64,000 nt of DNA from Squalus acanthias (taxonomy: Eukaryota), in NCBI GenBank assembly GCA_030390025.1, contig CM059425.1, positions 162,442,001 to 162,506,000 on the forward strand. Direction: 5' to 3'. Below the pieces are notes generated by a model. That model ran no database searches and was not told the DNA's origin. It saw only the letters and a list, made by a program, of their open reading frames with translations. Below, piece after piece: positions 13,507 to 25,507 of the stretch (position 1 is its first letter; every line of letters begins with the position of its first letter). The translations under genes were made by a program, and so were the position numbers.

Positions 13507-14251
13507 AGCCCTGATTTTTTGGTCAACGGCGAAGTGTTGGCACTCGCCACTGACCTCAAAGAAAGCTGCCCACAAAGCTCTAGCAATCTCAGTGGCATGG
13601 TTTTCACCTTTTCCGACATTAAATTCATTCTGGCGCCATTTATAGGGGATCTCTGTGTCCAGCAACAGTGATGTCATCAAGCAGGCTTAGGAGCCAATCA
13701 CATTAAAGAATTCTTACAGACAGCAAACCAGGAAGTAAAAAGCACTGATTATCCTCCACTTTTAATCATTTTACAGAGGGCAAAATAAAGATTCGGACAT
13801 ACACATGGGATTAAGGTAGAAGCTGAAATATCATAAGCAAACTTTAATTTTTATTATTTTAAATAATCTATGGGAATTTTGATAATAATGGAGAAATATA
13901 AAATTAGGTTTTCAGGGCCAGAGAGGTTGTTCAGCAGTAATTATGACTTAGTACGCCGTTAAAAACCCAGTTACACCTCATTCAACAAGGCTTAACTTAT
14001 TCGGCGGTTCTTACAGTGAGATTAGAGCATAAAAAGTGAAAGTTCTCATCAATTCAAGTGATTTCTAAGATTTCCATCTGCGAGGACATCAACAGCACAC
14101 CCTGTGGAGGAGCGGGGAATCACTGACAGCAACTTCTGGATTTCGATGTTTAACTGTGCATCTGTGGCTGCCAGAAGTTGCTGTCAGTTTCACAGAGTAA
14201 TGACGGTGAATGTGACAGTTTCGCCGTCATTGCAACCACAAATTCCAGACT
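13507..14251. mobile_element. Probable Harbinger-type MITE (~745 bp)
   Basis: Degenerate TIRs agccctgattttttggtc..acggcga / tcgccgt..accacaaattccagact; architecture like 8284-9025; TSD not recognisable. Confidence 0.6.
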
Positions 14252-15067
14252 ATTAATATATATATATATAAAAACACATTTGACACAAAAAGATTCAATT
14301 TCACAGACATTTGCTTCTCTTTGTTCTATCTGTCTTCAGGTAGTACTTGACAGTGGACTGATTCGTTTTTTTGTAGACAGCATCAAAATTAAGATAACTG
14401 GGGATGTTTTATGTTTGGAAGCAGAGAGAATGGGAAGCAGCTTGGCACACTTGGATCAGGTATGTATTATCTGCAGCTGACCGTATATTCACAATAAAAT
14501 CTATCCAAATGAATTTATCATGGGGAATTACCTGATATCGTCTTATAGACAAAAGTCTCCCACTCCAGTCTTAATCCTGATTTACTCACTTATGATGTTA
14601 TGCAGCCACTAAACACAAAGGGGGAAAAATTCAGTACCTTAGCATTATCGCTGGGGCGAGGTGAATCCAGCGCCACACACCAAATCCTGCCCCCCGTAGG
14701 TACCAGTTATTGCCGTGAGTCTTAACACCAGGTGGATCGTGACGTCAGTGAGTGTGCAACGCTCACTGGCCGCCCAATCTGTGAAATTGATTGTTGCCAC
14801 CTACCTTAGCACCTGGAGTAAACAGTGACAGGGAGAGCTGGTGTGAAGCACCAAGAATTCGGCTCCAGGGACGTTATTTAAAGGGATCATCAGTAATGCG
14901 TCGCAGCTGTCAAGTTAGTGGAGTTTCAGTGGTTTCTTGTCAGTTTCACATAGTCCAACAGTTTTATTCAGTAATTTAAAGGTTCTCTTGTATCAGGAGT
15001 GTTGTGGCAACTAAAAAGCAGCTACATTTATTCTTAAAAAATCAAACTGCTACACTTCGTTACATTA

Positions 15068-16257
15068 ATGGGGGCTGTACTGACAGTCAACCTTGCTCTC
15101 CAGGAGCTACGACAGAGGGATTGGAGGCAGCGAGAAAGACTGGAACATGTGCCCAGAGGGAGGAGGAGGGCCATCAGGGCTCTCAACAGGAGCCCTTACC
15201 CTCCGAGGGTCTTCCAAGAGCACTTCTCCTACCTCGAATTAAGCGAGGAGCAGTGTATTAGAAGGCTCCGCTTCACCAAGGAGGTGGTCACAGAACTCTG
15301 CCACCTCCTGCAACCAGACCTCCAGCCTCAGATCAGGGCGACCACAGCTCTCTTAGTGGCAGTCAAGGTCACCGTCGCCCTCAATTTCTTCACCAGTGGA
15401 TCCTTCCAGTCTGCAACAGGAGATATAGCTAACATCTCGCAGTTCGCCATCCATCGCTACATCCAGGAAGTCACAGCGGCTCTCTACAGTAGGAGAAGGG
15501 ACTACATTTGCTTCCCCATCACCAGAGAGAAGCAGGACGAGCGTGTATGTGGCTTTGCCAGGATAGCGGGCTTCCCCATGGTGCAGGGCACCACTGACTG
15601 CACCCATGTGGCTTTGCGGGCACTGCATAACAATCCTGAGATCTTCCGTAACTGCAAAGGCTACTACTCACTTAATGTGCAGTTGGTGTGCGACCACAGA
15701 CAGCGAATCCTCAATGTCAATGCCCGCTATCCTGGCAGCAGCAACGATGCCTTCATCCTGCGCCAGACCAGTGTGCCAGCCCTATTCCAGCCACCACGTC
15801 AAGCTCGCGGCTGGCTGCTTGGAGACAAGGGCTATCGGCTCTCCACCTGGCTCATGACTCCCCTCTGCAACCCCAACACTCCTGCCCAGCATTCATATAA
15901 CGAGAGCCATGCTGCCACCAGGAACATCATCAAGCAGACCATCGGCCTGCTGAAGCAACGGTTCTGCTGCCTTGACTGCTCAGGAGGAGCCCTCCAGTAC
16001 AGGTTGAGCGGGTGTCCCATTTCATGGTGGTCTGCTGCATGCTCCACAGCTTGGCCATCATGAGGGCCCAGCCCTTGCCGCCAGGGATTGCGGGACCACC
16101 TCTGGAGGAGGAAGAGGGAGAGGAGGAGGACGAGGACAAAGAGGAAGACGAGGAGGATGATGAGGAGGAGCAACAGAAGCAAGGGAGGAGGTAGCCAGTC
16201 AATCGGCCTTCCGGAAGGGTGGTCTGTGATTGCCTCATCAGACTGCGGTTCGAATGA
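15068..16257 (+). pseudogene. Harbinger (HARBI1-like) DDE transposase, inactivated
   Basis: Motifs ALNFFTSGSFQ, GTTDCTHV, SLNVQLVCD, YPGSSNDAF, LGDKGY, YNESHAATRNIIKQTIGLLKQRF; third catalytic E is K (AAG 15932-15934); 1-nt frameshift near 16002; in-frame TAG 16192-16194; acidic tail; TGA ending 16257. Confidence 0.92.
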
Positions 16258-16422
16258 ATTAAACCCCAGATCCCTGTTGCTCACAACATCCCCATCATTC
16301 CATCCCTGTCATAGGCCATATCACAGCGGAAAGATGAAATGAGACACACCACAAAAGAATCCAAACTGAATTAATAAATTTATCAAAAATCAGTGAACAC
16401 ATTTTTACAACAAAAATATTAA

Positions 16423-18308
16423 CTATTCACCCATGTGCAATCCCTTAGTGCCTGTTGTTACTGTGCCTTTGCCTACTCTAGTGCTCCTACGAAGTGTTGG
16501 CCCAGTGGCTGCAGCATGGCTGGTGGAAGGCTGCTGAGTGTCCGTGCGGGAGACTTCAGATGGCCTTGCAGGACGCCTTCGACCAGCTCTGGGCCTAGAA
16601 GGCCCGGCTGTAGACTGTACCACCTCAGCATGGGCGGCAGCAGTCTGGGCTGGCTGGATGACAGGCAGCGACAAGGGCAATGGTGGAGTGGCAGTGGTGG
16701 GAGCAGGAATGCTGCCATCCTGAGAGAGGACAGCAGGTTCCTGTTCCACTGACCCACTGCCACTCCCCCGGGGCAGCACCTCAGCATCCCTAGCAATCTG
16801 TTGCAGCACAGATTGCTGGCCTGCTGCGACACCGTGAAAGGCCCGGTCGACTGTGGTAGACCAGCCACGATGGCAGCAGTCAGAGCTTGCATGGCATCAA
16901 GCTGAGACTGCATGAGGGCAGTCTGAGATTGGATGCCACCAAGCATAGACTGCATTACAGCACTAAGATGTTGTGTTGCTTCCGCCTGTGCTGCAATGGA
17001 AGCTGCTAGATCACCCATCACACGCGGCATCAGGTCTGGGTCACCACGGTCTCTCTGAGAGTCTATCATCCTTTGGAAATGATGGGCTCCATGGTGTGCG
17101 CAGAGCCTTGTGCAATGCTGGAGGCGGACTCCTCCATGCTCCTTATCATAGCCGAGAGGCTCGCGGGCACCCTTGCCATTGCACCTATCATCTCCGTGTG
17201 CATGCCCATCACCCTTCTTCTAAAGGCCTCCCCATCGAGGTCCTCATCTGAGTCCTGTACAGCAGAACTCGCCCTCCGGGGAGCTGGCCGCTGAGCTACC
17301 CTTTCCCCCTGGCCTTGCTGCAGCCCACTCGTCCCCGGTGCCTCACCCTGTGCAGATCCCGCTACTATACTAGCCTCTAAAGAACGCGTAGTGCCAGTAT
17401 CTGAGCTGGTGCCTGCGGGTGAGACATGCAGTGACGCGGTGTGTTCTTCCTCCTCCTCTTCTCCCCCCTCGCTCTCTACGGTGCCCTCAGGGACAGGCTG
17501 CTCAGGTGCTTGGTCATTATCTGAAAGCATAAAGGCACATGAGTCGGGTTAAGGTGAGGGGAGGGGGCAGGAAGGGAGAAATGCATGAATACAGCATGAT
17601 TAGCTGGAAAGTGCAAAACGCTTGTGGGGTGAGGGGGAAGTGGGATGTGAGAAGAAGGAGTAGGGATGAACATACCATTGTTTTCCCCAAGAGGGTCAAC
17701 GTAGCCGGTGGCCACGGTGCCCACCACCTGGCACCCAATAATCTGCAGCACTCTATTCTCCAGCACAGACAGTGGTTGGATGTCGGCTTGTCCCCCGCCT
17801 GTGTGCTCCTGTTCCCTCCTGTTATGAGCCACCTTGGCCTGCAAGAGAAAGGAAAGTGTGTGAGCGAGTGTGGAGCAATGTGTCTGGGTGATGTGCCTGC
17901 CATAGTTGAATAGCTGTGGTTGTGTGCAAGGTGTGAGATGTGGGTGTGAATGTTGGTAGGTAGAGATTGTTGGTGGGTGAGTGCTGGGGGTGTGGTGCTT
18001 TGGGCAGTGTGTGAAGACTGTGGTTCAGATGGTGGCATGTATCATTTGTTGAAGCATTGACTCACCCTGACCACCCGAGTGAGGTCATTAAATTTCTTCC
18101 TACACTGTGTGTCGGTCCTGGGGACCACAGTGCTGCCCAAGACATGCTGTGCTACCTCCCTCCACATGGTGCGGAAGACTTGCAGCGAGGGCCTCCTGAC
18201 ACTTGCTGGGTAGAGCACCGCCCTCCATCTCTCCACAGGGAACACCAACGCCTCCAATGCTTGATTGCAGAATCTGCGGGATCTCTCCCTGGGGCATGGA
18301 TCTGCCAT
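16423..18308 (-). pseudogene. Harbinger Myb/SANT-like DNA-binding protein gene, 3 exons (18308-18066, 17838-17676, 17520-16423), with two frameshifts in exon 3
   Basis: Exon 1 RERSRRFCNQALEAL..MWREVAQ..PRTDTQCRKKFNDL; GT-AG junctions agg|gtgagt, ttgcag|gcc, g|gtatgt, tttcag|at join in phase (0, then 1); exon 3 is split across three track ORFs. Confidence 0.88.
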
Positions 18309-18995
18309 GAGTACAGCTGCTTCAGCCCTCTGGCTCCTTCTCCTTGTCCTGCTGCTGCTTGCTGAGGCAGCTGCACAGCCAGCAATGCTGAGAATGAGGT
18401 TCTGCAGCATCAATGAAGTACTTTAAGTACTGAAAAAAGCCTGTGGCAATTATGGCTTGCGATTAGACTGCACCTGATATTGGTCCACCCTTTGAGTGTA
18501 ACGCCAATGAGCTTGGGCTGTAAGACTTGATTTAGGACTCCAGTCATTTTTTTGAGCAGTGAGCACGAATTTTGTGTGCAGTCTAAAGCATTAGCGCCTG
18601 GCGCTAATTCTCCAACTTTTCTAATGATACCGCCCATTCCTGGACTATAATGAATTTCTAGCCCAAATGGTTTTTAAGGTGCTTCACTATATATGTGAAT
18701 ATATGTGTACTTTTTAAACAGAGTTTATTGCTGTACATAACTATTTATGTTCCCATCTTACCCTTGTCTTCGGTGCTGTGTGGTAAATTTCCATGCCGCT
18801 TTGATTCTTGCTTTCACCACTGCTGGGGCCTATCACCTGCACTTTATAGAACCCATCTGATATTGATTTCAATGGAATGAAAATCAGGTGGATTCTATAA
18901 AGGGCATGTTCTCCGCCCCGTGCCCCCCCAGATTACCACCCAGGCTGTGAAGACAAAAATCCACCCCATTGCCTCAAGTTGTATTACAAAGTATT

Positions 18996-19103
18996 TACAG
19001 CACAGAAACAGGCCATTCTGCCAAACAGGTCTATGCCAGTGTTTATGCACCACACAAGCCTTCTCCCACCCTTCTTCATCTAACCCCACCAATATATCCT
19101 TCT
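18996..19103 (-). mobile_element. CR1 3' UTR fragment
   Basis: Reverse complement matches the CR1 3' end at 48290-48390. Confidence 0.7.
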
Positions 19104-20290
19104 AGAGATATATCTTTGTGCACAGTTCCTTTTACTGAGGTTTGATTTAGCCAGTAAATAATGTATGGGTCAGGAAAATTAAGTTAGAAGGTAGAAAATA
19201 GCTGTTTTTCATTGATTTTCTTCTCTCCAATTTATTTTCACTATGCAACTCACAATTCTCTTGGCAAAAGGCCAAGTGGTCAACCTGCTATTAGACCACT
19301 GCCAATCCTACTCTTGACTCAATCCATTGAATTTCATTCCCTTTCTTTGGGCTTGTGGCTAGCCTCTGCTTGGCACATTTCTTGAATTGCCACGTGCTAA
19401 GACTGGCTACTTGCCATCTTGAGGGATTACACTGCGCTGCAGCAAGGTTGGCCTCTGAGTTCTTGAGAGATTAATGCTGGTACTTTGCTTTCTACTACAT
19501 CAGTTGGAGTTCAGTAAGAAAAACAAGATATTTCAAAGACCTGCTTCATCTTGATCAGCCTGTGGAATAAGCCGTAAGAAGCAGGCAGCCAGCCAAGAAA
19601 TTCTCCTGATGGTCCACAAACCATATATAAATAAATGTCTTTCAAAAACCATGACTGACATTGATTGTAATCCCTGGTGTGATAGAATTATTTTAGGCAT
19701 CCCAAAATTCATACTGGCGTCTTTCCAGCTGGAATTACACCCTTTACTACAGGCTCTACTAATATCAACCCTATACAAATTCTGCAGTTTGCCAACAGGA
19801 TACACTGTTGCTTGGGGGGTGCATAAGTAAGTAGACAGTAAGTGAGTAACCAAGCCAAACTTGTCAGTTTACAACCAGTGGACCTCCAGGAGCTGGCAGA
19901 GAACTCCAATAAATTCAAACACATAGGAGGCGAATTTCGCCCCCAGTAAATTTAAAAAAATGAAGCTGGTGAACTCTGACTGTCAAAAGAGTTGATTTTG
20001 TGGAATTTCACATGACACCTCGGAAATTTTTTGAACAAACTAAACAAGCTAAACTTTTCACAGTGTTCTCCTGAGATTATTAAGGAGCTTTGCTTTTTTT
20101 CTGAGGGTGCTTATGTGATGTTTTGCTCTTAGACAAATAGAATCACTGAATATCAAGTGAATAACCTGTTATGTATCTAAATCCCTCTGAAGCTGTGGTT
20201 CAATTACTTTTAATGTTTGACACAGGAGCAGCCTGGAGGCCTGGTGGTAAAACATTCAGCTCACATTTCTTTAGTTGGTTCATAGTTTAT

Positions 20291-20796
20291 GGGGGCGAAA
20301 TTCGGTTACGCCCCATTTGGGGGCGGTAACCGAATTAGCGCCTCACATTTAGCGCCCGGGGCGGGAGTACTGCCCCAGCCGCTAAATTGGGCTTACCACC
20401 CCGGCGAGGAAGCGGAGCGCTATCTTGGGCGCTCCGCTTTCTCTCGGGGACATGCGTGAAGCGCAAAGCCGGACGGCGCGATGGCGGCCACAGAACACGC
20501 CAAGGGCCGCCAAGAGGGGCTGACCTCCAAATAAAAAATGTCGCCACGGGGCGCAGCCGGACCGCCCCTTTAATTAGCGCCCTGCCAATTGTGTGCAGCC
20601 TGGCTCGGCGGGGTGCTATGGGGTCGCGTCACTTGGCGATGATGTCACTCAGTGGGGCGCTACCGGCTAGCGCCTCAGTAGCGCTCCGCCAAATTTCTCG
20701 GCAGGTGCTATTAGCACCCCCACCTGGGTGATAAGCCCTTTGCACCCCATTAGCACCCCCTGGAGGTGCTAACGGCAGGCACAAAATTGTCTTCCC
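20291..20796. mobile_element. GC/CpG-rich Harbinger-type MITE
   Basis: Starts gggggcgaaatt, ends aattgtcttccc; repeated gcgcta/tagcgc motifs; related to 27862-28581. Confidence 0.7.
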
Positions 20797-22322
20797 ATGC
20801 ACATAGCACATGCATAGCAAGGAAGATTTGAACTGAGAATAAGTGGAACTGAAAAAGCTGTGACAATGGGTTAGTACTAAATTATTGACTGGAAACTAAA
20901 AAAAAGGATGTAAGTTCAGTAATTTGTATTTATGTGTGTCAGAAAACATTTGTTATTCCATAGCTTACACGATGATTTTTGACATTTTTGATACCAACTA
21001 CTGATCTTATGTAGGGGTGAGAGGAGGAAAGAAAGCAATGAGTGAGAACACGCAGCATGAGATCGGACACAAACCAGGCATCAATGGGAAAATGAAGGGC
21101 TGACTCTGCATTCTGCTCTGACTAGCATCAGCCTCTGTTGTCCCGCATATATTATTTATTATTATTTATGATTCATTTAGTTTTGTTTTTTTATTCTGTG
21201 ACCACTTTGGCATTATCTCCTTGAAGAGTACAAAGAATTACAAAATAAAGAAACCTGGTGCCTTTTATATTATCATCTGAGAAAACATGAAACAATCCAT
21301 AACTTTTGAACAGAAATCTCATTTAGTATGGGATTTTTTCCCCCCATCTCCCAATAATTTTCTTCCCCTCTTTTCCTCTATTTGTGGAGCATTACATAAC
21401 ATTCTCTAACTAAACCACTGGCCCTGCCATTCTTAAACAGGCAGTAAGAGGCACACTAGACTACTTTGGGGGGGACAATTGCATCTAATTTCCCTCCTGT
21501 TATGTGGGGAAGTGGAATCGCAGGCTAATCCATACACCATTGCACAATGCATAATTACATTGGTCTCAGAAGTACCACTGCTAATCCAGTCCAAATATTG
21601 GTCTCAAAGGTGCCACTGCTAGCATTCAGTAGTGTGGGCATCAGAGACAGATCTGATAATCAGATCTAGTATCAACTGATCTATTCCAATAACAAAATGG
21701 GGATTATTATTCTCACAAAAAGCACAAATTAAGCTCACAATCATGGAACCTTTACAACATTCTGCTCCCATCTACACTATTTACTGTGATGTTCAGTACG
21801 TTTAGTGCATGAAAACAATCACTGTCCTGTAGAGTGTAACAGCCTGACTGTAAAACACTTGCATTACCAATTTTTTGATTGCAGGTTCAAATCCTGGTTG
21901 AGGATTGGTTCAAACCACAGTCATATGTCTGATGAATTTGACAGACTTCTCAGACAGCTGTTTGAGGGCAAGCCCTGCTAGAGTTGATCTGACAGGCCTG
22001 GCATGCTACTCTGAGGATGGAGATGCTCTTACTCAAGCTCACGTAGCAATCTAACCCATGATCTCAGTTGAAGCAGAGCTGATGAGAATGTTTTGATATC
22101 TGAAACTGCCTCAAACATCTTTTACTTGGCAGGTACTAGCTGTACTGGATGTAATAAAATATTAGAATCAAAGGTATACAGATGCTGCATACACCTGAAA
22201 ATCTGTAGGCAATCAATAAGTAATGGTCAAAAGTATTCAGAAGCAATTTTAAATAGCAGAACCGAGATGTTTTCTTCAGAATTATATACAATATATTAAA
22301 AAACTAATTTAAGAAAAAAAGT

Positions 22323-22505
22323 TCAGTTCAACATACTAGAATTTCTCAAAATAATTTCACAACTTATTTTCCAAATTAATGGTAAATAATTCTCTCCAAA
22401 AATCATGTGGTCCACTATCTGCTGTCTGAAGTGCCGATGTAAAATAGAGTTGGTCAACTCTTCAACTGATAATTTGAAAGGTTCATCAAATCCATGTTTA
22501 TATTT
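22323..22505 (-). CDS. Weak candidate next or terminal exon of the minus-strand host gene (KYKHGFDEPFKLSVEEL...)
   Basis: Acceptor tttctattttgtcag and a 60-codon open frame in phase 0, compatible with the 24450 donor; no homology recognised. Confidence 0.22.
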   Translation of the reverse strand, partial: KYKHGFDEPFKLSVEELTNSILHRHFRQQIVDHMIFGENYLPLIWKISCEIILRNSSMLN

Positions 22506-22744
22506 CTGACAAAATAGAAATCCTAACTCCACATCTTTCTCTTCATTCTTAGCTCCCCCTGATATTGCTAACCTGAAGAGTGGGTAACTAGCCTGTTCCC
22601 TGGCATTTGTTCAATGCTGATCTTCAAGCAGTCTGGGCTGACCCAGCAATGTAGATACAGCTCCCGTGGTTCATATCACCCATACCATAGTCATATTGTA
22701 TGCTGTTTTAGAAACCATAACTTCAAAACCACATTTCCACATTG

Positions 22745-22885
22745 GAGGGGATTCATAGAAGAGTGGCAAGAATGATTCCAGGACTGAAGGCTCTACATTG
22801 TCAAGTGAGAATTACAGAACTGAACTTGTTTTCACTGTAGCAAAGAAGATTGAGGGGGCACGTGATTCAGATCTTCAAAGAGATG
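22745..22885 (+). mobile_element. Degraded CR1 ORF2 C-terminal fragment
   Basis: Encodes RRVARMIPGLK and RRLRGHVIQIFK, CR1-like. Confidence 0.55.
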
Positions 22886-22966
22886 TAGATGTCTGAAATC
22901 TATCCGAATTACTCTGTGAGTGCAGAATTACACAACTCAGGTTCAGAATTAAGCGTCATATTGTAT

Positions 22967-23870
22967 GCTGGGGAATTTAAATTCAATTAATTCAATAAAC
23001 CTGGAATTAAAAAGCTAGTACAGTAATGGTGACCATGAAACAACCGGAATGTCGTAATAACCCATTTGGTTCACTAATGTGAACCATTCTTCACTTAGGG
23101 AAGGAAATCTGCCATCCTTACCTGGGCTGGCCTACAAGTGACTCCTGACCCACAGGAATGTGGTTGACTCTTAACTGCCCTCTGAAATGGTCCAGCAAGC
23201 CACTTAGTTGCACCATTAACCAGAAACTTAACTGGACCAGCCACATAAATACTGTGGCCAAAAGAGCAGATCAGAGGCTGGGTATTCTGTGGCGAGTGAC
23301 TCACCTCCTAACTCCCCAAAGCCTTTCCACTATCTACAAGGCACAAGTAAGGAGTGTGATGGAATACTCTCCACTTGCCTGGATGAGTGCAGCTCCAACA
23401 GCATTCAAGAAGCTTGACACCATCCAGGATAAAGCAGCCTACTTGATTGGCACCCCATCCACCACCTTAAACATTCACTCCCTCTGCCACCAGCGCACGA
23501 TGGCTGCAGTGTGTACCATCTAGAAAAAGCACTGCAGCAACTCGCCAAGGCTTCTTGGCAGCATCTCCCAAACCTGTGACCTCTACCGCCTAGAGGGACA
23601 AGGGCAGCAGGCTTGTGGGAACACCATCATCTCTAAGTTCCACTCCAAGTCACACACCATCCTGACTTGGAAATATATCGCCGTTCTTTCATTGTCGCTG
23701 GGTCAAAATCCTGTAACTCCCTACGTAACAGCACTGTGGGAGTAGCTTCACCACAGAGACTGCAGGGGTTCAAGAAGACGGCTCACCACCACCTTCTCAA
23801 GGGTAATTAGGGATGGGCAATAAATGCTGACCTTGCCAGCAACGTCCACATCCTATGAACGAATTTTAAA
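22967..23870 (+). mobile_element. Internally deleted copy of the tRNA-headed CR1/L2-group LINE (5' body, RT C-terminus and 3' tail)
   Basis: 5' part matches 59130-59315; ORF YKAQVRSVMEYSPLAWMSAAPTAFKKLDTIQDKAA and the tail match 60420-61074. Confidence 0.85.
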
Positions 23871-24021
23871 ATGTTGAACAGACTATCAGCACAAGTAATT
23901 GATGTTGTGTTAATTAATTCTTCCCCCAAAAATTGGATAAATATCTAGTTTGAGTAGGATCAGATTTTATAGGGAACGGAGAAGACTAAGATAATCAGAT
24001 ACTCCTCAGAACACAACGGGT

Positions 24022-24371
24022 TAGTGTTGACAGTCATCCAGGATTGTCTTGGAATCTCCAAGAATTTAAGATTAATCTCCAGACACTGCTGCAATCATAG
24101 AGGCATTAAAACAATTGTGTACTTTTTGGTTCATTTTCTTTCTTTAGTTATTAAAGTATTGGATATAGGGATAAAGACTGTTTGACAGTCAAGAATCATC
24201 CAAGAGGGTAATGAAGAGACTATTCATTTTCAAATTGGCGTGGGAAGGCGGTGGGCCGTGAGGATGGACATGTTGGGTAACTACTGGCGGGATCATCAGG
24301 GCGGGTGGTTGGAGGCGGGGGTCATGTGATGAAGCTTCCAGGAATACATCTAACCAGAGTTGCCAACTCTA
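24022..24371. mobile_element. Non-autonomous DNA transposon-like element, family unassigned
   Basis: Degenerate terminal inverted repeats tagtgttgacag / gttgccaactcta with TA at both ends. Confidence 0.5.
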
Positions 24372-24449
24372 CAATGGGCCCAAAAACTAGTGGGACTTTG
24401 ATCCTAACATAAATGAAGGGTTCACTTGCCAGTGACCTCTAGCACTCAC

Positions 24450-24857
24450 CCTGCTAAAGTTTGTAGGGTCAGGGATACAGTTTGGATGCATGCCTGTCCT
24501 GTGCTGAAGCATGCTGGGGTTGGGGTGGCAAAATATGTTTGTAGTGTGGTCATTGGTCTCCTTTTTAAGGGGGCTGAGGAAGGCTTTTAAATTGCGAAAT
24601 CTTTGGGGTTCATGCCGTGGCTCAACCGCTAAGATGGGCTCGCCTCTGCTGATCGGCAGGCTGATACACATGCTTTCTTTTGGCATACTGGTGTGCAGAT
24701 ATTTCTCCAGGCCAGGGATGAGGGAACTCCCAGCCTGGGAGTCTTCGCCATCACCATGCTTCCTCCTTTGCCGCTGGCTTTGTTTGGGCAGGCTTTGCAA
24801 AGCCTGCTTGGGGAAGCTAGGACTCAACATATCCAGATCTAAGCCTAACTCTGACTC
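24450..24857 (-). CDS. Internal coding exon (136 codons, phase 0-0) of an unidentified host gene: ESELGLDLDMLSPSFPKQ...CIPDPTNFSR
   Basis: 408-bp stop-free frame; acceptor cttctgctctaactgtgacag with a ctaac branch-like motif and an in-frame stop just upstream; strong donor AGG|GTGAGT; unique, GC-elevated, non-repeat sequence. Confidence 0.7.
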
Positions 24858-25244
24858 CTGTCACAGTTAGAGCAGAAGTGTGCCTGGAGGGCCATTAATT
24901 TTCAGCTCCATTGGTTCCTGTTCTTCTACTACTGGAGGAGACCAGTATTGAAAAGAAACATGTGAGTGCTCAGATAGTCTTGAATTTACTTCATTACCTT
25001 TTGGGGATCATGGAAGGTTTAAGCAGAACATTCCTTCATGAGATCAAATTGATGGCATAAACTCCAATTTATGGTGAGATGCTAAGTTTTACATATTATG
25101 TGAACTAATTAGCTTCATGAGCTGAATGGCCTTTTTTTCATTCCATGCTTTCTATGTTCGGGCTACTGTTGTACATTTCCTAGCAAATGGCTGGAAACAG
25201 CACTTCTGGAAGCTTGGGAGCAGGTCCAAGGTTGTTAGCTGCAG

Positions 25245-25507
25245 GAATCAGTAAAAATGACCATGAAGGTATTGGATTGTCATAAATCCCAACTGGTCCA
25301 CGAATTTCCTTTAGGAAGGAAACCTTCCATTCTTACCCTATTTGGCCTATATGTGACTCCAGACACCAATGTGGTTGACTCTTAACTGCCTCTGAAGTGG
25401 TCTAGCAAACCACTCAGTTACCACCACCTTCTCGGGGAAACTGGGGTTCGGTAATAAATGCTGGCCTTGCCATCGTCACCCACATCTCAAGAATGAATTT
25501 TTAAAAA
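25245..25507 (+). mobile_element. SINE-sized derivative of the tRNA-headed LINE (5' body joined directly to the 3' tail)
   Basis: Matches 23020-23210 and then jumps to the equivalent of 23785-23870. Confidence 0.8.

Larger units (their letters stand above)
14620..18664. mobile_element. Full-length PIF/Harbinger transposon (4045 bp) with two convergent genes, decayed
   Basis: TIRs gggggaaaaattca / tgaatttctagccc (11/14 match); 3-bp TSD AAA (14617-14619, 18665-18667); transposase on + and Myb/SANT gene on -. Confidence 0.93.

Noticed and set aside
15068..16063. Host gene HARBI1
   Set aside because: Lies inside TIRs and a TSD with a partner Myb gene, and has a frameshift and a catalytic substitution
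15832..16284. Antisense Leu/Ser-rich ORFs
   Set aside because: Shadow frames of the transposase acidic tail
21559..21621. Direct repeat attggtctca..ccactgcta (two copies)
   Set aside because: Simple local duplication with no associated structure
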